Origin: Mucisphaera calidilacus
GTDB lineage: Bacteria > Planctomycetota > Phycisphaerae > Phycisphaerales > Phycisphaeraceae
Direction of reading: 5' to 3'
Assembly: GCF_007748075.1 (NCBI RefSeq)
Contig: NZ_CP036280.1
Span: 1,590,001 to 1,622,000, forward strand
DNA: 32,000 nucleotides
The number at the start of each line of letters is the position of its first letter. Position 1 is the stretch's first letter. Both the position numbers and the translations under genes were made by a program. The notes beneath the pieces are model-generated. The model was not told the origin of the DNA, searched no databases, and worked only from the letters and a program-made list of their open reading frames with translations. Of the stretch, positions 12,001 through 15,847 are shown one piece after another.

Positions 12001-13443
12001 GGGGTAGAGGCGCACGCCGAGGCCTGGCTGGAAGCCGTTGGGCGGCTGGCTGGTGGAGGTGTGGTCGGAGACAGTGGGGATGAGGTTGGGCGTGGACATC
12101 AGCGGGTTGCTGGTGTCGGTGGGGATGGTGGTCCCGCCGAAGTTGCCGGTGAAGGGCCCGACGCCGATGCGGTCGTTGACCTCGTTGGCGCCGAAGTTGG
12201 CGAAGACGTTGTGGTCGGTGCCGACGAAGATGCCGCCCTGGGCGGCGGCGAAGTTCTCGTAGATGTTCTCGGTGTAGAGCGGGCCTTCGGGTGCGCCGAA
12301 GGACCAGAAGGAGGAGAGGATCCGGCCGTCCATGACGAGTTCGAGGTCCTGGCCGTCGTTCCATTTGTCGAGGAACCATTCTCCGATGGCGTCGTGGTCG
12401 GCGTTGTAGCGGGTACTGCTTGAGCTGAGGTCGTAGTACCAGATCTGGTCGTAGAAGCTGTCGGTGTGGTCGCCGTCGGCGTTGGGGTCGGCTGCTGTGA
12501 TGGCGGCTGCGACGAGGCCGGCGTTGCCGGAGCGGAGTTCAATCTCATCGACGACGACGCCCATGCCGCGCAGGGTGTCGCGCATCACGCGTGAGCTGAC
12601 GTCGTAGCTGCCGTTGTAGTAATCGACGAGGAGGACGCGGTCGGGGTCTTCGGTGTTGTAGGTGACGGAGAAGTCGTCGATGGTGAAGTAGGTGCCGTCG
12701 GCGGCGCCGCCGGTGGATCCGGCGAGGGTGTCGAACTCGACGCTGTAGATCGCTTCGCCGCCGGTGTCGGCGGTGGAGATCGTGAAGGTCTGCTGGGTTC
12801 CGGGCGCGGTCTGGCCGATGACGTTGCCGTAGGCGTCGAAGGCGAAGAGGGTCTTGAGGGTGGTGTCGTCGTCGGCGTCGAAGAGGCTGACCTCGGAGAC
12901 GCCACGGTCGAAGCTGGCGACGATGCCGGAGGAGTGGGGCTGGATGTTGCCGGGGAGTGGTTCGTGCAGTGAGCCGAGGACGAAATCGGTTGTGGATCCG
13001 ACCTTGCTGTTGCCGTGGTTGAGGTTGGTGATGTGAACGCCTGTGGCGGAGGTCACGGGCAGTCCGTTGCTATCGTTACCCGGTGCGGGCCCGATGGAGC
13101 CGTCGTCGTTGAAGCTGACGGTGAATCCGCTCTCGCCGGTGAACTTGAGGACGCCCTCGGTGTCGCCGTCGACGTCGGTTGCGGACTCTCCGCCGGGGTT
13201 GAAGTCGAGGACGAGTGTTGCGGTGGTGCCGTCTTGTTCGGAGAGGTCTTCGATTGGTGTGCCGCTCAGGAGCACGCGTGGTTCGAGTGGCTCCAGGCGT
13301 GCGGGTCGTCTTGTGGCGGTCGGGCTGATGCGTCCGGCGCACGCGGGGATTGTGAGGGTGGCATTCGCGTGCCTTACTCGACCAAGGATGCAAAGGTACT
13401 GGTCGCGCAGCCATTTCACGGCGTGTGTGGCGAATGACATCAT
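1..13443 (-). CDS. Giant secreted multi-domain cell-surface / adhesin-like protein; 5' end complete, 3' end beyond window (>=4481 codons)
   Basis: Start is ATGATG at 13443/13440, preceded by GAGGAAGGG (13450-13458) and an in-frame upstream TGA (13471-13473). I split the plus strand into triplets from position 1. In roughly 100 of the ~224 sequence lines checked explicitly this way there is no in-frame tta/cta/tca; I also read the whole reverse complement once as a continuous translation. Every minus-strand ORF the track lists in 1-13474 ends at a coordinate of 1 or 2 mod 3, none at 0 mod 3. That fits one open frame running off the edge. The translation begins MMSFATHAVKWLRDQYLCILGRVRHANATLTIPACAGRISPTATRRPARLEPLEPRVLLSG and resolves into recognisable repeated extracellular modules. 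Confidence 0.9.
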   Translation of the reverse strand, partial: MMSFATHAVKWLRDQYLCILGRVRHANATLTIPACAGRISPTATRRPARLEPLEPRVLLSGTPIEDLSEQDGTTATLVLDFNPGGESATDVDGDTEGVLKFTGESGFTVSFNDDGSIGPAPGNDSNGLPVTSATGVHITNLNHGNSKVGSTTDFVLGSLHEPLPGNIQPHSSGIVASFDRGVSEVSLFDADDDTTLKTLFAFDAYGNVIGQTAPGTQQTFTISTADTGGEAIYSVEFDTLAGSTGGAADGTYFTIDDFSVTYNTEDPDRVLLVDYYNGSYDVSSRVMRDTLRGMGVVVDEIELRSGNAGLVAAAITAADPNADGDHTDSFYDQIWYYDLSSSSTRYNADHDAIGEWFLDKWNDGQDLELVMDGRILSSFWSFGAPEGPLYTENIYENFAAAQGGIFVGTDHNVFANFGANEVNDRIGVGPFTGNFGGTTIPTDTSNPLMSTPNLIPTVSDHTSTSQPPNGFQPGLGVRLYPVALHSGGNNDPAISSTLSGSIGFSIELVSPTDAAYLDGQDVTFTATAQNNDGTVDFTWTSSIDGQFGTSDTFVTSGLSIGTHTITLYANDTGSSSDDQIVFDLTIDPVADLQPVIDNAPAAAASGDTISLTYSLNNLGSGPAVESFSDTIYLSTDNTVDAGDTILDTFTGTYGTGTYTFDLTIPDVLDGTYYLIVSTNDDGSAPGTPLTGGLTELNGDNNTTAQAITLVTPVILDVYDWNTSTTTPVGQIHAIKTPADGADHYDFYSASGHPVGVNLGPTNSNIWIHEDTTTGDLSFGFIFGLDNNAPSNQADFAFRVVDSATDPFVAVSDDAGEAVETPAGSDSFVGTFSYGVNTDGVMVSGIGGDAWTIIIASVDFGNVTNWFASSGETTDFTDDLNLTLGNEVRIVPQGSTPSDLAVNPSTPVDPTPADDATDVPVNQILTWDLENSAGNVVFDVFFGTDPDSLTQVANNQAALSFDPGILAFDTDYFWSVTAQVGGQSFTSDPWSFSTIALPDLVASAPVAAAEVRNGDDLEWSFTVTNDGTQDSPATTGALYLSTDDLFDAGDTLLDTATLSALSIGQSTTVTGTVANLVQPDGFYNLIFVADHNNTVVEEDETNNTASSPIEVYTPPVITDFTPQGLLNTQIDTFLVTFSKPIATNTFTGSDVLITLPDGSELNTTNLTITPDATNTLFTLDLPTTLATDGDYTVQIGPFITDTLGHFMNITGSGNLITNPGFDTPDASGSFNTYVFSNIPAGFAWDVEFSNIDHINTLWHGSSGEVDPAGNDQSIDVDNNARLSQAFATVPGQTYRVEFDYSRNPNGSSATGYLTVTGDTTLVSQTLVHSVPNSTASMNWQGYTTTFVADSTTTTLAFQGDASNGNYGFAVDNVRVTEEGQGQAFAFSLDLTTPSVAETSADQLIQGSTSLTFTVDEPLAQPIQINEISLTGPLGPANITAINDLGSNQYEVVFDALLTAGSYTLAINSAAADNAGNVLIPYSETVSVVDATAPFVTDFQPETFLSSDVSSFSVTFSEPIQVTTVTADDFIVTLPDDTIMPGSNIESIVPSENNTVFTLNLINPLTDEGSYSVEIGPNITDLAGNFMEGFTAFTAYDNDFENGADQGYANGITGSWNTTRVFNDADTTQFLGNFGNEEIVLTLNNLPAHDEITIEFDLLLLDSWDGNVAPGPDYFGFLVDDRTTPEWEHTFDSFGNPQTYPFAADRKGVNVVGSSWNDTFYDKIQQTFVHTGDTLELRFRGRGLQSLGDESWGIDDLTVTVNGTPDNDAAAPTTPASGGDINSDGAVDLLDLSILAGHFGASATQTTADINSDGAVDLLDLSILAGDFGKATILPTSATVAGFNAEQQLASGAYLANFTIDRTGPSVEDVTIVNGSQIIVDYADRAGADTGVGVDPVTATDPANYTLIGSAGDGLFDGSTGDNGNTTIDLAAILDGSILFDTDTQTATINLATQLADDIYQLTVSGTATVEDLLGNPLGSLDAGPGTDFTSNNIAVNNVPGTVFIDLQDASDTGASQSDNITNVTNLTYDVTVNEAGTIVLDYNGDGHINNLDESRVVFGPGTYVFSAPYGADGQYNPTANFTPLTGPVISDNISVFVDRTGPSLLAGTPNEQAPLTTRTLTFDEPIDPDQFTTVDIDFIGPGGAALPDVTAITQTDLDGTTYQVDFAYVVAPGTYRFDLDPGTIRDLAGNTNPALLQDVFALAADATGPQVISHTPAGPISGSLSQVTIDFDENVLNNTFTADDVLVTRPDGSTLDAADVTVTPIDPVNGYTNTFSITFPEQTDSGTYSVLVGPDITDLSGNKMDAPYDASVFNDLESPVVTAVAFNGTPNQTLTSIDIAFSEALLASGIEASDFSLAAPDGSDIAIGSASYNGIDTVSLTFNTQSAPGAYTLSVSGSITDVFGNLLDGNLDGIGGDDYTTAFILEQGNLVVDTVTVAPGAANAALFGAEVNVAWTVSNTGSVDILGNAADHVIFSINDILGDADDVLLASVSHLGGVNANDSYSASRTVTLPVIDTIPAGTDTFTIFVTTDAAGQLAESDETDNTTGTTLHATTPAGPSVLSITPVENGFDVAFSEPMDPDTFSVDDITLIAPDGSTLTIDALTSSDNTTFAARFTEAPQVGTYTLTIASDVRNALGHALNIDGDTLNGETDDDVYTTTYDIELPNLTPDNVTFTPAAAAPGDDLAVNWDVLSTLIPDDVSIVTRLLLASGPSGSDAVQIGAFSNLFEGQTNGGTQSYSATVELPGSMGLGGLVYVLVEIDALNTVFEADETDNTAAGASLLDLTSELQVSFAQDQANEDRPNTVQGFVTRSGPTASPITVNLSVDLNDELAVPATITIPAGATVGTFTIDTLEDGIVDGDQIVTITADATGFVSGTAEFTVLDVDRPNLSIDFIGSSVVEGNTIDMVIARDVVTDQPVELFLEQSVIGQLSGISSATIPAGEPSVTITLTAIQNTLVEFDEFVEISASAVGHNLDIESIEVIDDDRPTLTLSLLEPTFSESDGLISNAVQVTRSGDTTNALTVALSGNDATELFVQPSVIIPAGATSATFNLFAVDDALDDGTQIVTITAKPTTGAGLPIDDNAVTADVNVTDDDGPTITLTLDTDLVGEGITDAAQATITLNAPAPVGGLLITLASSDTTEATLQPTVLIPEGTSSITVPVSSLADAQQDGNQTATITASALGYNAGSDQITVTDTNLPDLIVTNLQVLPVQGVDIDTDEPYQVRFTIENVGFGPSDTDTDNGNNPLQQQIWLSTDGVIGNSDDVQLGLADINDTGDRFEFNGVLEVGESFTRTLTVVQAPDIAGPYYIYVKTDTTSEVDEAVETNNTTITPTPFTVHSAYSATVQTGITQATAGTPIEMFGTATRRDGQPAANEQVNIHLNVRGTTRLLTAFADENGDFSLTFQPLANEGGEYTIGAAHPGELTAPVQDSFTVIGMLAQPTTQDLAVTEFQTVTGSVTLRNLSTIALVDLNATVVESPANLSITNLNFADPHLNGLATTTLTFDVEAIDASVLNGTVVIEITTTEGVTQQVEAQVTVSPAVARFALSDNSIQQSVLLGDQQLFSVTVTNVGGAESADLDIIIPGPNWLTLVTGDLGTLLPGASETLTFQIQPDADTALGPYAGQVAIGDGSDYALLDFNFLVTTDAVGDLRLTIVDEFTYAVAGSPKPEGVQVRIIDSSGVRVGTDTTDENGVVTFDGLPVGFYNLDIRSDNHTDISTLIYIPAGDLVDDEVFISRETVRYEFTVTEIEITNTTEITIETVFNTSVPVPSIVVEPPLIDLAPLVNIGDSFQVDMTIRNVGLVQTNNVSLFFEDHPFYEFTPLTDTLGTLPGSSDVTIPVIVTRTAVLEDPGIFIACDISAGVNWSYQTGAPGSLITVNKTTPIYITNVDGNCFLPPSVIPRSGGGGGGGGGGGFGGGGGFGGGGTGPVIPVFRAPAPQPVVKLPEFVSANVTLQLSQDLTTTLQAFDATLDLFNDTDNPLSDIDVDIKILDAQGNIANDLFAISAPDLDGISAVDGTGFIGPNAEGSSTWIIVPLDEAAPEGLTGYSVGGTLSYVDNGQLVTSDFTPVTITVEPRAQLFIDYYHQRDVYSDDPFTQEIEPSVPYNLGVYIRNEGVGTANQVTLSSAQPRIIDNAQGLLIDFTLLASQINNQNITPAFNLEFGDIEPGEIVTVLWFLESTIQGHFVDFSASFRNVNALGDERLGEVKDVRIHETIRTVQVDLEGSDDLPDFLVNATEDPQFIPDEVHQSDGSIEPVSDLVVTNIGADVTLNDLTTTVTVESFDGHGYFRFDDPGRGRYRLIDVQRQDGSSLLDNNFWQTDRTFPGVNQLPIYEDIIHVFDSRPEATGDPEDTGTSYTLIYEPIDGDGPVVTFDTVTPDHRISPVNSVTFSVSEPLAEGTLDLDDLNLTRNNNDIDLSSTTLTRLTTTRYRIEGLTNLTADDGTYVLSLDGDGITDLFGNLGETVFQTSWIKAGDQPVVT
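1663..1728 (-). repeat. Poly-glycine tract G11-F-G5-F-G4 inside the giant ORF
   Basis: Plus-strand in-frame triplets are gcc x4, gaa, gcc gcc tcc gcc gcc, aaa, gcc gcc acc acc acc tcc tcc gcc x4. The reverse complement reads RS-GGGGGGGGGGG-F-GGGGG-F-GGGG-TGP. The track ORF 1304..1786 reads the same DNA off-frame on the plus strand as poly-Pro. Confidence 0.85.
2290..2495 (-). other. Carboxypeptidase-regulatory-like / Cna-B-like beta-sandwich module
   Basis: GDLRLTIVDEFTYAVAGSPKPEGVQVRIIDSSGVRVGTDTTDENGVVTFDGLPVGFYNLDIRSDNH. Confidence 0.5.
3445..3850 (-). other. CARDB-like module 5
   Basis: LPDLIVTNLQVLPVQGVDIDTDEPYQVRFTIENVGFGPSDTDTDNGNNPLQQQIWLSTDGVIGNSDDVQLG...VVQAPDIAGPYYIYVKTDTTSEVDEAVETNNT. 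Confidence 0.6.
3850..5090 (-). repeat. Array of four ~100-aa Calx-beta-like repeats (approximate boundaries 4780, 4478, 4150)
   Basis: Each unit has the form [variable]...TRSG...L-T-V-x-L...IPAG-x-x-x-x-x-F/I-x-x...D-x-x-x-DG-x-Q-x-V-T-I-T-A...V-x-D-D-D-R/G-P. Examples: VTRSGPTASPITVNLSV..ATITIPAGATVGTFTIDTLEDGIVDGDQIVTITAD..FTVLDVDRP and VQVTRSGDTTNALTVALSG..SVIIPAGATSATFNLFAVDDALDDGTQIVTITAK..VNVTDDDGP. Confidence 0.6.
5105..5455 (-). other. CARDB-like module 4
   Basis: LPNLTPDNVTFTPAAAAPGDDLAVNWDVLS...SYSATVELPGSMGLGGLVYVLVEIDALNTVFEADETDNT. Confidence 0.5.
5800..6165 (-). other. CARDB-like module 3
   Basis: NLVVDTVTVAPGAANAALFGAEVNVAWTVSNTGSVDILGNAADHVIFSINDILGDADDVLLASVSHLGGVNANDSYSASRTVTLPVIDTIPAGTDTFTIFVTTDAAGQLAESDETDNT. 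Confidence 0.6.
6215..7155 (-). other. Three consecutive Ig-like modules (SbsA/Big_5-like)
   Basis: RTGPSLLAGTPNEQAPLTTRTLTFDEPIDPDQFTTVDIDFIGPGG...DLDPGTIRDLAGNTN; ATGPQVISHTPAGPISGSLSQVTIDFDENVLNNTFTADDVLVTRPDGS...VLVGPDITDLSGNKMD; ESPVVTAVAFNGTPNQTLTSIDIAFSEALLASGIEASDFSLAAPDGS...LSVSGSITDVFGNLLDGNLDG. Confidence 0.5.
7973..8113 (-). repeat. Perfect 54-bp direct repeat (7973-8026 and 8060-8113, period 87 bp) encoding a dockerin-like pair of Ca-binding loops
   Basis: Both copies read ccggcgaggatggagaggtcgaggaggtcgaccgcgccgtcgctgttgatgtcg on the plus strand. Translation: GGDINSDGAVDLLDLSILAGHFGASATQTTADINSDGAVDLLDLSILAGDFGKA. The same tandem is visible in the off-frame track ORF 7563..8447. 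Confidence 0.8.
8161..8655 (-). other. Uncharacterised beta-sandwich module ending in ESWGIDDLTV
   Basis: FENGADQGYANGITGSWNTTRVFNDADTTQFLGNFGNEEIVLTLNNLPAHDEITIEFDLLLLDSWDGNVAPGPDYFGFLVDD...LELRFRGRGLQSLGDESWGIDDLTVTVNG. Confidence 0.35.
8690..9290 (-). other. Two consecutive Ig-like modules (SbsA/Big_5-like, each ending in a D-x-AGN motif)
   Basis: TTPSVAETSADQLIQGSTSLTFTVDEPLAQPIQINEISLTGP...YTLAINSAAADNAGNVL, then TAPFVTDFQPETFLSSDVSSFSVTFSEPIQVTTVTADDFIVTLPDD...YSVEIGPNITDLAGNFME. Similar modules lie at about 9825-10110, 7520-7870, 6870-7155, 6535-6835, 6215-6510, 5500-5785 and 45-340. Confidence 0.5.
9315..9805 (-). other. DUF642-like / galactose-binding-like jelly-roll module (putative carbohydrate-binding)
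   Basis: NLITNPGFDTPDASGSFNTYVFSNIPAGFAWDVEFSNIDHINTLWHGSSGEVDPAGNDQSIDVDNNARLSQAFATVPGQTYRVEFDYSRNPNGSSATGYLTVTGD...MNWQGYTTTFVADSTTTTLAFQGDASNGNYGFAVDNVRVTE. Confidence 0.45.
10120..10465 (-). other. CARDB-like module 2
   Basis: LPDLVASAPVAAAEVRNGDDLEWSFTVTNDGTQDSPATTGALYLSTDDLFDAGDTLLDTATLSALSIGQSTTVTGTVANLVQPDGFYNLIFVADHNNTVVEEDETNNT. Confidence 0.65.
10463..10745 (-). other. FN3/Ig-like module (P-x-D-x-ATDV ... LTW ... FDVFFGTDP signature)
   Basis: NPSTPVDPTPADDATDVPVNQILTWDLENSAGNVVFDVFFGTDPDSLTQVANNQAALSFDPGILAFDTDYFWSVTAQVGGQSFTSDPWSFST. Confidence 0.45.
11320..11690 (-). other. CARDB-like module 1 of giant protein
   Basis: DPVADLQPVIDNAPAAAASGDTISLTYSLNNLGSGPAVESFSDTIYLSTDNTVDAGDTILDTF...DGTYYLIVSTNDDG...ELNGDNNT. 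This follows the DL-x-V...G-x-x-x-x-V-x-N-x-G...YLS-x-D...D-x-x-L...YY-L...E-x-N-x-x-NN pattern. Confidence 0.6.
13261..13296 (-). other. N-terminal LEPLEPRVLLSG motif (LExLExRxLLS-type leader seen on many large planctomycete secreted proteins)
   Basis: Reverse complement reads CTG GAG CCA CTC GAA CCA CGC GTG CTC CTG AGC GGC. It follows an Arg-rich stretch (TATRRPAR) and no classical hydrophobic signal-peptide core precedes it. Confidence 0.5.
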
Positions 13444-13793
13444 TGTCCACCCTTCCTCTTTGTTGACGCATCAAAAACCATGAGCCATCCCCTCCTCCAC
13501 ATGAAGATTGCTCCCTCTCTCCATGCGTGAAACATTGTCTTCCCGAACTATAAATTAGCGTTGATGTGTGCTTTTTGGAAGAGGCAGCACACGATCCTAA
13601 CGAAAGGAATGGTGGAGCGATCGGGCCGCAACCCGTGTATTTTGCGTTATTCTCTGTATTTCAATGACTTACAGCCAGACTGGCCCGGGTTCCGCTGGGC
13701 GTTGCCTGTGCCTGTCTGAGGTGTGCAGAATCGATCCGGTCACCGATAGCTCACGGTTGTCGGGATTGCGGGTCGTTTTCGGGAGTGCGTTGT

Positions 13794-15782
13794 TCAGGGC
13801 AGTGTCGTTTGGTTGGTGGCCTCGTTTGGCGTTGCGGGTTCACGGGGTGGGAGGTGGCGGTACCAGAACCAGTACATGCCTGTCAGGCCGATGAGGAAGA
13901 TCGGCAGGGTGATCAGGAAGTCGCGGTAGGCGCCGATGACCAGTTGCATGGGCAGCATGAAGAGGGAGATCTGCCAGGTCATGACGAACGGAACGGCGAT
14001 GATGTCGTTGCGGTGTTCTTTCTCCATAGCCCTGCGTTCGTCCTCGGGGAGCAAGGTTTTAAAGGGTCCCCAGAGGCCGAAGGGGCGTGTGGTTTTGTAG
14101 AAGTTGGCGAGTACGGCGGTGTCGGTGGGCTTGGTCAGGAGTGTGCCGATGATGGTGGAGAGGAGTGAGATCGTGGTGAGGATGGTGAACTGCTGAACGG
14201 CGGTCCATTCGGGGAAGTAGATGCGTTGGACGATGGCGGCGGTGAGACCGGCGACGGTGCCGACGACGACGCCGCCGGCGTTAAATCGCCACCAGTAGAG
14301 TCGGAGGATGCCGGGGATGGCGAGTCCGGAGCCGAGTCCCATGATGATCCAGTCCCAGATGTGGTTGATGCTGGTGGTGCTGTAGCCCATGGCGAAGCCT
14401 CCGGCGACGAGGACGACGCCGAAGATGTAGCTGGCGTAGATGAGTTCCTTGTTGCCGGCGTTGGGTCTGAGGTATGCCTGGTAGATATCGCGTGTCCAGT
14501 AGGCGGTCGCTCCGTTGACGGTGGAGTCGAAGGTGGACATGGAGGCGGCGATGAGTGCGACGAGGAGCAGGCCTTTGAGGCCCTGGGGGATCATCGTCAT
14601 CAGGACGGCGGGGAGGATGCGTTCGGGGTTGACCGTTCCCTCGTAGCTAAGGAGTTTGAGCTTGGTGGCCCAGTCCTCGCCGAGGAGCGTCTGGAGGTTG
14701 GTAACGAGTTCGGGATACAGCTGAGGCGCGTTGATGATGCCTGCGACGGCGTCTTCCCAGCGGCTCTTGGGCACTTCGCCGAGGGTCTGGCGGATCAGGT
14801 CGGCCGCTGTCGCGAGGACGGACTGGTCGGGGAAGGCGTCCTTGACCATGAAGAGCCCGAGGACGGCGAAGCCCATCATCATGGGCCAGCGGAACATGAT
14901 GAGCCAGCCCCAGAGGAAGCTGAGGAGTCCGCACTCGCGTTCGTTGCGTGCGCCGAAGTACTTGGGGTCGCCGCCGCTGGCGATGCCGGCCATGATGTTC
15001 CGGATGAGGTAGAAGAGTGCGAACATCGTGAGGTGTTCGTAGGCTTCGTAGCCGCTGGGCATGGTGGTGTGCCACTGGAGGCTGGTGGTGGTCCACTGCG
15101 TGCTGCCGGTGACCTCGTGTGCGAGGGTGGCGATGTCCCCCTCGTATCCGAGTTGTGTGGCGACGGCGATAAAGGTGACGGCGATGACGGCGAAGAGGAT
15201 GATGAAGGATTGGAAGATATCGGTGAAGACGACGCCGTAGAACCCCGAGGCCATGGTGTAGATGGTCGCGACGCCGAGCATTCCGATCGCGCAGGTTGAG
15301 GGTGAGAACGGGAGGAACATGGCGAGGAAGAGCCCGACCCCCTTGACCATGTAGCCGAGCATGCCGACGGTGGCGACGATGCAGGTGATGGCGGCCATGA
15401 CGCGAGTGAACTGCCCGCCCGGTCCGGAGCCGAAGCGGTAGATGTTCCACTCGGCCCCGGTCATGCAGTTGGATCGTCGGTGCCATTTGCCGGTCCAGAG
15501 GAGCATGAAGGCGAGGATGAGGACGGCTCCGCCTCGGAATTCGATGTAGAGGCCGCGAGGCCCGAGCATGTAGAGGAAGGAGACGATGATCATGGTCCCG
15601 GTCATGTCGAGCCAGGACGCCATGCCGGACATGCCCATGGCCCACCAGGGGATGGAGCGTCCGCCGAGGAAATAGTCTTCCAGGCTCTTGGCCGCCTTGT
15701 TCTTGAGGTAGTAGCCAAACGAGAGGAGGACGGTGAAGTAGACCGCGATGATCGCGTAGTCCAGGGTGCTGAGGTATTCCAC
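13794..15782 (-). CDS. Sodium:solute symporter family (SSF) transporter, 662 aa, GTG start
   Basis: Track ORF. Polytopic membrane protein with an SSF-like N-terminus: MEYLSTLDYAIIAVYFTVLLSFGYYLKNKAAKSLEDYFLGGRSIPWWAMGMSGMASWLD. Overlapping track ORFs are compositionally aberrant shadows. Confidence 0.8.
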   Translation of the reverse strand: MEYLSTLDYAIIAVYFTVLLSFGYYLKNKAAKSLEDYFLGGRSIPWWAMGMSGMASWLDMTGTMIIVSFLYMLGPRGLYIEFRGGAVLILAFMLLWTGKWHRRSNCMTGAEWNIYRFGSGPGGQFTRVMAAITCIVATVGMLGYMVKGVGLFLAMFLPFSPSTCAIGMLGVATIYTMASGFYGVVFTDIFQSFIILFAVIAVTFIAVATQLGYEGDIATLAHEVTGSTQWTTTSLQWHTTMPSGYEAYEHLTMFALFYLIRNIMAGIASGGDPKYFGARNERECGLLSFLWGWLIMFRWPMMMGFAVLGLFMVKDAFPDQSVLATAADLIRQTLGEVPKSRWEDAVAGIINAPQLYPELVTNLQTLLGEDWATKLKLLSYEGTVNPERILPAVLMTMIPQGLKGLLLVALIAASMSTFDSTVNGATAYWTRDIYQAYLRPNAGNKELIYASYIFGVVLVAGGFAMGYSTTSINHIWDWIIMGLGSGLAIPGILRLYWWRFNAGGVVVGTVAGLTAAIVQRIYFPEWTAVQQFTILTTISLLSTIIGTLLTKPTDTAVLANFYKTTRPFGLWGPFKTLLPEDERRAMEKEHRNDIIAVPFVMTWQISLFMLPMQLVIGAYRDFLITLPIFLIGLTGMYWFWYRHLPPREPATPNEATNQTTLP

Positions 15783-15847
15783 GGTCGCTTCTCGCTGTCC
15801 GGGTGAGGGCGTGTCGGGTGATCCGCGTTGATGATCCGGGGGGTGAG

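Noticed and set aside
12075-12636. N-terminal region of the giant protein (VLLVDYYNGSYDVSS...IFVGTDHNVFANFGANE...) as a ThuA/class-I glutamine-amidotransferase-like domain
   Set aside because: It is only a vague impression from an alternating beta-alpha-like pattern, and I cannot point to catalytic or family-defining motifs. I left it unannotated pending an HMM or structure search.
427-13437. Long plus-strand ORFs from the track: 427..2232 (601 aa), 2296..3237, 3298..3975, 4525..6270 (581 aa), 6805..7140, 7306..7641, 8260..9222, 9373..10389, 11140..11586, 11665..11958, 11989..12423 and 13015..13437
   Set aside because: All start at coordinates of 1 mod 3, so they are exactly codon-aligned antisense to the giant minus-strand ORF. 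Their products are monotonous V/D/G/E/A strings with no domain-like structure. They end wherever the sense strand uses a TCA/CTA/TTA codon. They are shadow ORFs of a high-GC gene.
330-13474. Minus-strand P/S/T/R-rich ORFs from the track, e.g. 6267..6746, 7563..8447 (294 aa), 5358..5864, 9998..10669, 12099..12548 and 13076..13474
   Set aside because: All are in the two wrong minus frames (ends at 1 or 2 mod 3). Their composition is the frame-shifted image of GAC/ACC/GTC/GGC codons, giving poly-Pro/Ser/Thr or Arg-rich strings. ORF 13076..13474 even starts at a TTG inside the giant gene's leader.
13566-13592. Hairpin GTGTGCT-N13-AGCACAC as a rho-independent terminator of the SSF gene
   Set aside because: The stem is only 7 bp with a 13-nt loop, and no U-tract follows it on the minus strand. 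It lies about 200 nt from the stop codon. This is not enough to call a terminator.
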